Part shown: positions 1 through 8,606 of the stretch, in pieces
Position numbering within the stretch: the stretch's first letter is position 1
Layout: every line of letters begins with the position of its first letter
Assembly (NCBI GenBank): GCA_965202625.1
Contig: CBDBBI010000010.1
Coordinates: forward strand, 2,592,001 to 2,656,000
Length of the DNA: 64,000 bases
Direction: 5' to 3'
From: a bacterium
Lineage (GTDB): Bacteria; UBA8248
Notes under the pieces: generated by a model
Told to the model about the DNA's origin: nothing
What the model saw: only the letters and a program-made list of their open reading frames with translations
The model's database searches: none
Translations under genes and position numbers: made by a program

Positions 1-303
1 CACTTCAGGGTGTCCCCACGCAGACCGGAGCGCGCGCGAAGAGGCCGTCCACGCCCAGAAGCGCGACCGTGTAATCGCGCAGGACACCCGCGTCTGGACG
101 ATGAGCGTATTGACGACCGCGCAGTTCGGCGCCATGCGCTTCTCGTGTCCTTTCTCCTTCAAAAACGTCATCTCGAGAAACAGGCTTTCCGTGTAGCCCA
201 TCAGGTTGGCGTAGCTCACCATGTCTGTCTCGGTGATGGTTCTGCCCCGGAGGACGAACTTGCTTCCGGCCTCCCACTTTTCAAACGCGACGCCCTCGTC
301 CAT
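1..303 (-). pseudogene. MaoC-family dehydratase, frameshifted, runs off window edge
   Basis: AGGAGG RBS then ATG at 303 reads MDEGVAFEKWEAGSKFVLRGRTITETDMVSYANLMG (MaoC RTITE-D motif). The continuation GVLRDYTVALLGVDGLFARAPVCVG is in another frame, and PVxVGDTL needs one more G. Confidence 0.6.
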
Positions 304-615
304 GAAACCTCCTGAATAATTGCGCAATTCCTTAGGAGGGCGATTCTATGGGCGCGTGGCGAAACCCCAAAGCGCGGTCGGGTTTTCGCGAGCCGAGAAA
401 ATGTGTGTTCAAGCCCTGCGGCGAGAGAAGTAAGCCATGCATTCTAGGGTAGACTGAGATTGTCTGCGCAAATCCCTCCATAATTCCGAATATAAAAAAA
501 AGATGGAATCCGGATTTTCCGGATGGTATGATTCAAGAAGATGTCCATGAAGATATGAGTGAAGCGCGATGGGGAGTTGAAAAGGATCAAGAAACGCAAA
601 CGGGGGGATGGACAA

Positions 616-1299
616 ATGAGACGTTTTGGCGTCGTCCTGGTTCTAAGCGTTTTGGCCGTTGTCTTCTCAATGGGCGAGGCGGCGGAGGGCGGTCGTCGCC
701 ATCGGCATAAGCGCGACGGATGGTATGGACGCTACCACAAGGGTCATCGGCATCACCACCATAGGCGCTACCGGCATCGACGCCGGATTTTCCATAACGC
801 GTTCTGGTATAGCCCGACGATTATCTATCGCCACGATTCCCATCATCACCACGCGCGTCTTCACCCGAATGCGTATTGCTCTTATTCGCACGGGCTGGAT
901 CATGAGGAACTCTTGACGCTGGTAGGCGCGGTGGGCGGTGCCGCTGTCGGCTATCAAATCGGGGAAGGGGGCGGTCGGGCGTTGGCGATGTTTCTGGGGA
1001 CGCTCATCGGCGTAGGCGTGGGCTCGAGCGTCGGACGAGATCTGGACGAAGCCTCAAGGTTGCGCCTTGCGCACACCACGCAGTACGCCCTGGAGCGCCA
1101 ACGCTCCGGCACCCCAACCACCTGGAACGACCCCGACAGGCACTCATGTGGCGTCGTGGTTCCCAAGCCGGCCTTTCAGAACGAGATTGGCCAGTATTGT
1201 CGGGAGTTTCAGCAGACGGTCGTCATCGACGGACGGAAGGAGAGTGCCTACGGAACTGCCTGCCGGCAGCCCGACGGGCAGTGGCGGCTCGTCAATTAG
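616..1299 (+). CDS. Exported glycine-zipper / 17 kDa surface antigen-like protein (RT0821/Lpp0805 type) with His/Arg-rich N-region
   Basis: Signal peptide MRRFGVVLVLSVLAVVFSMGEAAEG, glycine zipper GAVGGAAVGYQIG..GTLIGVGVGSSVG, C-terminal YCREFQQTV..AYGTACRQPDGQW. Confidence 0.85.
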   Translation: MRRFGVVLVLSVLAVVFSMGEAAEGGRRHRHKRDGWYGRYHKGHRHHHHRRYRHRRRIFHNAFWYSPTIIYRHDSHHHHARLHPNAYCSYSHGLDHEELLTLVGAVGGAAVGYQIGEGGGRALAMFLGTLIGVGVGSSVGRDLDEASRLRLAHTTQYALERQRSGTPTTWNDPDRHSCGVVVPKPAFQNEIGQYCREFQQTVVIDGRKESAYGTACRQPDGQWRLVN

Positions 1300-1315
1300 A
1301 GGGCTCCGCTCTGCC

Positions 1316-2353
1316 TCATGTTAGAATGACGGCGCGGCCCGTCACGGCTCCTCCCTCGAGCCGTTCGTGGGCTTTTTCCACCTCATCGACACTGAACGAA
1401 TAGGTCTCCGTCACAACAGGCCAGACGTCACCGCGCGCCACGAGTTCGAGCGATTCCTTCACCTCTTGTTTCGTCGCGTATCTGCTTCCCAGGAGCTCCA
1501 GTTCCTTCTGGACCATGTCGCGCGAGGGGGTCTGAAACGGCTGGCCGGTGCCGCCTAGCGTGACGAGACGCCCTCCCCGGCCCAGCCCCTGGACGCCGGC
1601 CTCCAGTGTAGCGGCGGAGGAGACGAAATCGATCACCACGTCCACCCCCTTGCCGTTCGTCATCTCGAGAAGCGCTCCGGCGACGTTCCTTTCAGACGCG
1701 TTGATCACTTCGTCCGCTCCCACGTCCCGGCATTTGCCCAGCTTGTTCGCCGCGACGTCGACAGCGACGACGCGCGCGCGCGCCCACTTCGCCAGCATCA
1801 CCATGTGGATTCCCACGCCCCCGCCGGCGCCCATGACGGCCACGGTCTCCAGCGGCGCGATGCGCGCGCGCCTCGTTACCTTATACGGGGTGGCTATCGC
1901 GTCGCAGATGACGGACACCTCTGCGGCGTTGCTCTCATGGTCGAGCCCTGGGGGGAGTTTGAGGAAATTCCTCGCCGGCAGCTTGATGTATTCCGCGTAG
2001 GCGCCCTGTACCTGGCGGCCGACGTAGCCCGTGAAGTTCTCGCATAGCGTCTCCCGGTTAATGCAGCACCACTTGCACGTTCCACAGGTGACGTAGAAAT
2101 AGGCGGTCACCGCATCGCCCTCCCTGAGCGTCTCTACGCCCTCGCCCACGGCGGTGACGACTCCGGTGATCTCGTGGCCGATGACGAGGGGATAATTCAC
2201 GCCGGGCACTCGGCCCATGCGGGCGTGGTGAATCGTCAGCCCGGCGCCGCACGCCAACACTCGTGCGATGGCTTCCCCCCGACCGGGTGCGGGGTCTGGA
2301 TATTCCTCCTCGACAAAGGGTTTTCCCGGCTCCCTCAACACCATCGCCTTCAA
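1316..2353 (-). CDS. Zn-binding medium-chain alcohol dehydrogenase family protein
   Basis: GHEITG motif, structural Zn CGTCKWC..C, Rossmann GAGGGVG. Confidence 0.9.
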   Translation of the reverse strand: MKAMVLREPGKPFVEEEYPDPAPGRGEAIARVLACGAGLTIHHARMGRVPGVNYPLVIGHEITGVVTAVGEGVETLREGDAVTAYFYVTCGTCKWCCINRETLCENFTGYVGRQVQGAYAEYIKLPARNFLKLPPGLDHESNAAEVSVICDAIATPYKVTRRARIAPLETVAVMGAGGGVGIHMVMLAKWARARVVAVDVAANKLGKCRDVGADEVINASERNVAGALLEMTNGKGVDVVIDFVSSAATLEAGVQGLGRGGRLVTLGGTGQPFQTPSRDMVQKELELLGSRYATKQEVKESLELVARGDVWPVVTETYSFSVDEVEKAHERLEGGAVTGRAVILT

Positions 2354-2490
2354 GGCACGTCCTCCCTAGAAGATGTGAAATGCGCTCTCGACCTTCCAAT
2401 TACACCATGTAGATGAGCGTTAGGCAACGAGGAGCGGATGGCGTACCCTCCGGCGCGAAGCGGTATCCCCGTATCGAAGGTGAAAACGCG

Positions 2491-2874
2491 ATGAGTGAAT
2501 CCGGCGGGAGTCAAGGAAATACGTTCGACCCGGCACGCGCGGCCAAGACCACGCTGCTGGTCGCCTTTTTGATGCTCGCGTTCACTGCCTCGGCCCTCTA
2601 CGCGGGCGATCCGGGGCGGGTGGGCTACGGCTGGACAACGCTGGCGGGAGGCGTCGCCCTGATTCTGTGCGGGCTGGGGACGTGGCGCGGGTTCGCGTGG
2701 CTCTCTTATCTGTCGGCACTGGTTCTGGGCGCGTTTGACTTCATCTGGATGGTGCGGATATTGGAGGGTTTCGACGCGGGCCTCGCCATCTGGATAGGGA
2801 TATGTTTTTTCTCGATTCGGGAGATATGGCCGGGCCTGGACGAGAAGTTTCCGTGGCTGAAGCGCCACCCCTGA
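2491..2874 (+). CDS. Small membrane protein of unknown function
   Basis: About four hydrophobic segments; fills the gap between genes; start chosen at ATG 2491. Confidence 0.6.
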   Translation: MSESGGSQGNTFDPARAAKTTLLVAFLMLAFTASALYAGDPGRVGYGWTTLAGGVALILCGLGTWRGFAWLSYLSALVLGAFDFIWMVRILEGFDAGLAIWIGICFFSIREIWPGLDEKFPWLKRHP

Positions 2875-2962
2875 CGCGGCTTCGGCGACGTCTAGAAACG
2901 GGGGACGTCGCCCCTCGTCCAAAATGATCGGGGTTTCCCCGGCGGCCTCGGGCATCATGGCG

Positions 2963-4243
2963 TCATTCCGAGCGTCTGAGGGCCTTCGCGCCGATGTCTT
3001 TTCGGAAGTAGGCGTCTTCCCAGTGAATGAGGTCGCTCGCTTGATACGCGCGCCTCACCGCGTCGCCGATGTCGGCTCCGCGCGCGGTGACGCCCAGCAC
3101 GCGCCCGCCAGCGGTCGTCACGTCTCCGGAGTCGTTCAGAGCTGTGCCGGCGTGAAAGACGCGAACGCCGGCAAGAGCATCGGCGTCGTCGATTCCATGA
3201 ATCACATCCCCTTTTCGGTAGGCGTTCGGGTAGCCGCCCGCGGCCATGACGACACAGACTGCCGCGTCCTCTGCGTAGTGAATGGTCGTCTTGTGAAGCA
3301 CGCCTTGGGCGCACCCCATGAGGATGGGCAGCAAGTCCCCTTCCATGCGCATGAGGAGGGGTTGGCATTCGGGGTCGCCAAACCGGCAGTTGAATTCCAG
3401 CGCCTTGAGTTGGTTATCCTGTACCATGAGACCCGCGTAGAGAACGCCGCGATAGGGCGTCCCCTTTCTCGCCATAGCGTCGATGGCCGGCTGGACCACA
3501 GTGGTGAGCGCTTTTTGCTCCAGCGCGTCCGAGAGCACCGGAGCGGGGGAGTACGCACCCATGCCGCCCGTGTTGGGTCCGACGTCGCCCTCGCCGATGG
3601 TCTTGTGGTCCTGTGAAGAGGCCATGGGAAGGGCAGTATGGCCATCCACGAACGCGAGGAAGCTCGCCTCCTCGCCCTCGATGAATTCTTCCACCACGCA
3701 TCTAGCGCCCGCCTCGCCGAACGCCCTTTTTTCCATGATTTGCGATATGGCGTCCTGGGCGCTCGCAACGTCTGGGCACAGGAGCACACCCTTACCGGCG
3801 GCTAGACCGTCCGTCTTCACGGCCCATGCGCCGCCGCGTTCTGAGACGAAGCCTTTGGCTGCGCGCGCCTCTTCGAAAACCCCGTAGGCGGGAGTGGGTA
3901 TTCCTGCTTCGTCCATGAGCGTCTTTGCGAATGCCTTGCTCGCTTCAATGCGCGCAGCACCGGCCGTGGGACCGAACGCGTGGATTCCGATCGCCTCCAG
4001 TCGGTCCACGAGCCCGAGGGCAAGAGGAACTTCCGGGCCGATCACGACGAGGCCGGGCTCCTCCTCCTTCGCCAGCGTGATGAGACCTTCCACGTCCACT
4101 GCGCCCACTGGCGCGTTTCGCCCGACCTGCGGGGTGCCCGCGTTTCCGGGCGCACAGATTACCTCCTCCACGTCCGGACTCCGGCTGAGCTTCCAGGCCA
4201 GGGCGTGCTCTCGGCCACCCCCGCCCACGACGATGATCTTCAT
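2963..4243 (-). CDS. purD: Phosphoribosylamine--glycine ligase
   Basis: MKIIVVGGGGREHALAWKL, DGLAAGKGV, GPNTGGMGAYSP, EFNCRFGDPE. Confidence 0.97.
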   Translation of the reverse strand: MKIIVVGGGGREHALAWKLSRSPDVEEVICAPGNAGTPQVGRNAPVGAVDVEGLITLAKEEEPGLVVIGPEVPLALGLVDRLEAIGIHAFGPTAGAARIEASKAFAKTLMDEAGIPTPAYGVFEEARAAKGFVSERGGAWAVKTDGLAAGKGVLLCPDVASAQDAISQIMEKRAFGEAGARCVVEEFIEGEEASFLAFVDGHTALPMASSQDHKTIGEGDVGPNTGGMGAYSPAPVLSDALEQKALTTVVQPAIDAMARKGTPYRGVLYAGLMVQDNQLKALEFNCRFGDPECQPLLMRMEGDLLPILMGCAQGVLHKTTIHYAEDAAVCVVMAAGGYPNAYRKGDVIHGIDDADALAGVRVFHAGTALNDSGDVTTAGGRVLGVTARGADIGDAVRRAYQASDLIHWEDAYFRKDIGAKALRRSE

Positions 4244-4321
4244 CGTGAACGTGCGCTCCAAAGCGAGAAAGACCACAACTTAAGGCGGCGCGAGAAGGGC
4301 GTCAAGCGATGCGGGAAGGCG

Positions 4322-5092
4322 TCAGCCCATGTCGCCCAGCGTGTGCTGGACGATCGTGAGGAGTGAGAGGGGCGCCGTGTCCGCGCGCAGTATTCTCGGG
4401 CCCAGGGAGATCGGCGCGAAGTCGGCGTCAATCGCGCGCCGGGACTCTTCGTTCGAGAGGTCCCCCTCCGGGCCCGTCAGGATCGCGACGCGAAGCGGCG
4501 TGTCGCTCACGCGTTTATGCGCCCGCGCGAGGGTTTCCTTGACGGGGACCGCGCCTTCTTGCAGAGACCCCATCAACTTCAACCCGAAATCTCTCGTTTC
4601 TCTCAGGTAGTCGTCCAGCCCTCTAGGCGGATGTATCGTGGGCGGGGGGGCGCGGTCGCACTGTTTGGCTGCTTCAAGGGCGATTCGCCGCCAGCGCTCG
4701 CGTCGCCCGGCACTCTTTCTCTCGCTCAGTCTGACCTCGCGCTTCTCAAGGAGGAGCGGATGGAACGCGCTGGCCCCCAGTTCGCACCCTTTCTCAAGCA
4801 CCCGCTCGAATCCTTCCCCCTTGAGCAGCGGGACACCCAGGGAGATCCACAAGGGCGCGGGGGGTCTTTCGGGGAGGCGCTTGATGATTTCGGCAGCGAT
4901 TCCTTCACGGGATATTTCCGTCAGCCGCACCAGGTATTCCTCGCCTTCCTCGGTCGCCACGCGACAGACCGCGCCCGCCTTCATCTTGAGGACGCGGCGC
5001 GCGTGCGCGGATTCCTCCGCTCCGAGAAGGACGCGCCCGTCCTGGACCGCTTCGTCGTCGGCGTAGAAAAGGCGGAGTCCGTCCCGCGTCAT
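4322..5092 (-). CDS. rsmE: 16S rRNA m3U1498 methyltransferase
   Basis: HARRVLKM, KGCELG, EAAKQC, GPEGDLS, SLGPRILRADTA; next to prmA. Confidence 0.93.
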   Translation of the reverse strand: MTRDGLRLFYADDEAVQDGRVLLGAEESAHARRVLKMKAGAVCRVATEEGEEYLVRLTEISREGIAAEIIKRLPERPPAPLWISLGVPLLKGEGFERVLEKGCELGASAFHPLLLEKREVRLSERKSAGRRERWRRIALEAAKQCDRAPPPTIHPPRGLDDYLRETRDFGLKLMGSLQEGAVPVKETLARAHKRVSDTPLRVAILTGPEGDLSNEESRRAIDADFAPISLGPRILRADTAPLSLLTIVQHTLGDMG

Positions 5093-5967
5093 AGTTTTCT
5101 AATCTCAAGGCTCGCCCACTCCTCGAGACGATTTATCTTTTCCACCACGAGGCTGGCGTCCTTGCAGGCGCGGACTAGGGGGACCGTCTGCTCGTAGCCG
5201 ATTCCGGAGAGAACGCCCCGGCCGCCGCAAGCGAGGGCTTCGTGGATGAGCGGCGCGAGTCCGGCGAGAGCGTCCAGAAAGACGTTCGCCGCGATGAAAT
5301 CGACGACGCCCCACCATCCTTTCAGGACACAAGGGCCGAGAGACGCGTTATGCGCGGCGATTCGGCTCGATACTCCATTTTTCTTCGCGAGAGCGCGGGT
5401 CTCCTCCACAGCGCGCGGGTCGAGGTCGAGGGCGACTGCGCGGCGCGCGCCATATAGCAGCGCGGCGACGCCCAAAATACCCGAGCCGCAGCCAACGTCC
5501 ACTACCCGCCCGGGAGGTTTGTGCGTGCATTCGGCCTCGACCGCAAGCAGGGCCAGGCGGGTGGAGGGATGCTTGCCCGTGCCGAAAGCGAGCCCCGGCT
5601 CAAGGAGCAGGGCGACGCGCTCCTCCGGCGTCTCACTCTCATCCCACGGCGGTCTGATCCAGAGTTTCTTTCCGTGGGCCTCGCCCCGAAAATGACCACG
5701 CGCGCGGGCCACCCAATCTTCGTCCGCGATGTTTTTGAGCGTCATGGCGTTTTTGGGGACCCCGAGGGTGGCGAGGAGCGCCTCTATCGCGCGAAGTCTA
5801 CTCGTCGCGCCATCTTCAAGGGGAATGTGCGTGATGAGCAGGGATGCGCCTTTCACCCCGTCGCGTTGCTCGACGGCGGAGGTGCCCGCCTTCATGATGC
5901 GGTAGGAGACCTCCTCCGCCTGCTCCTCGGGGGTCTCAATGATGAGCTGGATCCATTTTTTTCTCAT
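5089..5967 (-). CDS. prmA: Ribosomal protein L11 methyltransferase
   Basis: EPGLAFGTGKHPST, DVGCGSGIL, AAN motif. Confidence 0.93.
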   Translation of the reverse strand: MRKKWIQLIIETPEEQAEEVSYRIMKAGTSAVEQRDGVKGASLLITHIPLEDGATSRLRAIEALLATLGVPKNAMTLKNIADEDWVARARGHFRGEAHGKKLWIRPPWDESETPEERVALLLEPGLAFGTGKHPSTRLALLAVEAECTHKPPGRVVDVGCGSGILGVAALLYGARRAVALDLDPRAVEETRALAKKNGVSSRIAAHNASLGPCVLKGWWGVVDFIAANVFLDALAGLAPLIHEALACGGRGVLSGIGYEQTVPLVRACKDASLVVEKINRLEEWASLEIRKL

Positions 5968-5980
5968 AGAGCATCTTGTC

Positions 5981-7066
5981 TCAAGCGGGAAGTTGCACCA
6001 CGGCGACGCCTGTCGTCGCCAGCTCGCCCTCCTGGTTCTTCCCCGTAATTTCGATTTTTACGGTGTTGTCCACCTCGTTTTTCTCGCTTACTCTTCCCGT
6101 GTGCCAGATGGTGTCGCCGTAGATCATCGGACGACGCACCTGCACGTAGAGGTTCCTGAGAAAACCGTCGTCCCCCATCCAGTTGGTGATGAAGGGACTC
6201 ACCCAAGCGAAGCGCATGACGCCGTTGTCGAACGGACCCGGCATTCCGCGCCCGGAGGCGAGGTTGAAATCCTCGTGTTGCTGGGAGTTTTTCACCCGCA
6301 TCCCAATCTGGGGGATGAGAACGGCGTTGTGTGGGGTTCTTCTGAGGTCCAGGTAGCCGCGCCTCCCTGCCTTGTAGGATGGGCCGTTGCCTGCGTTCCA
6401 GGCCACCATGTCGCCGATGGTGAGGGGTCCCCGCACCATCGGCGGAAGCGCATCCCCGATGGAGACGTCCCGCAAGCGTCGCGCCTCGCCCCCTCTCCTC
6501 TCCTCGGCCGCGTAGGCGTCTTCGATAGCCTCGAATTCCGCGGCGTCATATTTCTTGATCGGCCGCTCGTAGAGTAGTGCGTCGCCCTCCTGTAGTGTGC
6601 GGATCATCGTGCCGGTGGCCCTGGCGATGACTTCCTCGGCCTCGTTCCAGTAGACGCAATCGGAGATTATGAAGATGAGCGGGCGGCCCGCTTTGTTCGT
6701 CTTGACGTAGGAGTCTTTTTGAATGGACTTGGCGCAGAGCCTGCTCCCGAGGGGGATGGGCTTCTCCCATGTGAACTCCACTCCTCCAATGAGGGAGGAG
6801 AGGGGCGCGACCATGGGTTCTCCGTGCAGAATCGGGTAGAGGACAGATACCAGAAACGCCGGTGGTGCCAGAAGGGTTTGGTGGCGGGTACTGGCCGCGT
6901 ATTCCGGGTTCAGCCAAAGCGGGTTGTCGTCGTCGATGCCGTATGCGAAGTGGCGGATGGCGTCAGCGCTCGCCTCGTTGTTCCACGCCTCGCGCTCGCG
7001 CACCTCCTGGCCGTTTAATTCTTGTGTTTTCTCAATAAACTCTTTGATGATCGCCTGATTCGACAA
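5981..7066 (-). CDS. Double hot-dog (FAS1/MaoC-like) acyl dehydratase
   Basis: IRHFAYGIDDDNPLW..APPAF in the first domain; second domain with GDALPPMVRGP, GMPGPFDNG, NWMGDDG. Confidence 0.8.
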   Translation of the reverse strand: MSNQAIIKEFIEKTQELNGQEVREREAWNNEASADAIRHFAYGIDDDNPLWLNPEYAASTRHQTLLAPPAFLVSVLYPILHGEPMVAPLSSLIGGVEFTWEKPIPLGSRLCAKSIQKDSYVKTNKAGRPLIFIISDCVYWNEAEEVIARATGTMIRTLQEGDALLYERPIKKYDAAEFEAIEDAYAAEERRGGEARRLRDVSIGDALPPMVRGPLTIGDMVAWNAGNGPSYKAGRRGYLDLRRTPHNAVLIPQIGMRVKNSQQHEDFNLASGRGMPGPFDNGVMRFAWVSPFITNWMGDDGFLRNLYVQVRRPMIYGDTIWHTGRVSEKNEVDNTVKIEITGKNQEGELATTGVAVVQLPA

Positions 7067-7338
7067 TGCCCGACACTCCCCTGTCTATCCTGTATAGTGG
7101 ATAGTGTGAAATTGGCTGTGGAATTTCCAAAATATGTAGCAGGAATTCTCAGGTGCGACAAGGCGGACAAAACCAGAGCCGCCCACGTTGCTAGGGAGGC
7201 GTATAAGCGTTCCGAGTGGGTTTCGTCGCCAGCGCGGGGTTTCGGGGCCGGACCAGAAGACTACGCGCGGCGGACGCATCAATTTAGGGAAGAGGGGGGC
7301 GCCTCCGGTGGCTTGGGGGGGGAGCGCTTCGTCCTAGT

Positions 7339-8391
7339 TTATGATTTTCCCGAAGATAGGAATTTCGAGACGGAATCCGCCGTCCATTCCACGAGGGATA
7401 CGGCCCGATCGTAGCGCATGCGCTTGGGTCCGATGACGCCGATGCTGCCCAGAGGGCGGTCGTCCATGTAATAGCGCTGGGCGACGACGCTGCAATCCTT
7501 CATCTCGTCGAAGTCGTTCTCCGAGCCGATGAGAATGGTTATGTCGGAGGACTCTAGGCACTTGTCGAGTAGGCGAACGAGCTTCTCCCGCTCCTCAAAG
7601 GTGCGATAGAGGGAATGGAGCTTCTCCGCGTTGGTGGCGAAGTCAGGCTGCGAGAACACGCGCGAGGTCCCCTCCAGAAAGAGAGATTCCTGCGCACCCT
7701 CGTTCTCGGAGAGCGCCTCCTTGCTGAGATTGAGTGCCTGGCGGTGGAGGGCGTCGAGGCTGTCTCGCGCATGGGTCATCTTTTGGATAATCTTCTCTCG
7801 CGCTTCCCTGAGGGAGAGACCGCTGAACTCCTCGTTGAGGAGGTTGGAGATTTTGTTGAGCTCCTCCTGTTTCATGTGGATTTCCATCGGAATGACGCGG
7901 TTTTGCACCACCCCGCTCGCCGAGACGATGACGGCCAGGATTTTCTCCTTTGACATTCTGACGAAGCTGATGTGCTTGAAGTAGAGCTGCTCGCGCGCGG
8001 GTAGGAGCACGAAGCCCGCCGTGTTCGTCAGCTCCGAAAGCGCGCGCGTAGCTTGCGCGAGCACCTGTTCGATTTGGTTGGCCTGAGCGTAGCGTCCCAG
8101 GCGCATGGATTCCTCCTCCTCGCTCGTCAGGGTGTGGGCGTCCATCAGATCGTCCACGAAGACGCGGTAGCCCAGATCGGTGGGGAGTCTGCCGGAGGAG
8201 ACGTGGGATTTGGTGAGGAAGCCCGCGTCGGCCAAGTCGCTCATGATATTTCGGATGGTGGCGGGACTCAGGGATATGCTCGAATGCTTCGAGAGCGTGC
8301 GACTCCCCACGGGTTCGCCCGTATCGACGAAAATGTTGATGATGGCGCGAAGGATTTCCCAATTTCTCTCGGCAAGTTCCAGGGCGTCCAT
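7339..8391 (-). CDS. hrcA: Heat-inducible transcription repressor
   Basis: EPVGSRTL..LSPATIRNIMSDL, SSGRLPTDLGYRVFVD, GVIGPKRMRY. Confidence 0.96.
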   Translation of the reverse strand: MDALELAERNWEILRAIINIFVDTGEPVGSRTLSKHSSISLSPATIRNIMSDLADAGFLTKSHVSSGRLPTDLGYRVFVDDLMDAHTLTSEEEESMRLGRYAQANQIEQVLAQATRALSELTNTAGFVLLPAREQLYFKHISFVRMSKEKILAVIVSASGVVQNRVIPMEIHMKQEELNKISNLLNEEFSGLSLREAREKIIQKMTHARDSLDALHRQALNLSKEALSENEGAQESLFLEGTSRVFSQPDFATNAEKLHSLYRTFEEREKLVRLLDKCLESSDITILIGSENDFDEMKDCSVVAQRYYMDDRPLGSIGVIGPKRMRYDRAVSLVEWTADSVSKFLSSGKS

Positions 8392-8437
8392 TCTGGGCCC
8401 CTCATTTGGTTGGGCGCCTGCGCGCCGTCGCCGCCGT

Positions 8438-8464
8438 CTGGCACTCGTGCGAATTGAGTGCTAA
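8438..8464. promoter_or_regulatory. CIRCE element (HrcA operator) upstream of hrcA
   Basis: Minus strand TTAGCACTC-N9-GAGTGCCAG versus consensus TTAGCACTC-N9-GAGTGCTAA. Confidence 0.92.
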
Positions 8465-8471
8465 CTTGCAT

Positions 8472-8500
8472 AGGGTATGAGTGGGGCGAATACTTGTCAA
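8472..8500 (-). promoter_or_regulatory. Sigma-70-type promoter for hrcA
   Basis: TTGACA-17 nt-TACCCT on the minus strand, immediately upstream of CIRCE. Confidence 0.65.
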
Positions 8501-8606
8501 GTCCCTGGAGATGGGGAGAGGAGATGGTTTTCGGGCCCAGAGAACGCAGATCCCGAGGTGCTTGGCGCCGGAACGGATTGCAGATGCTGATCATTAGGGG
8601 ACGCTC

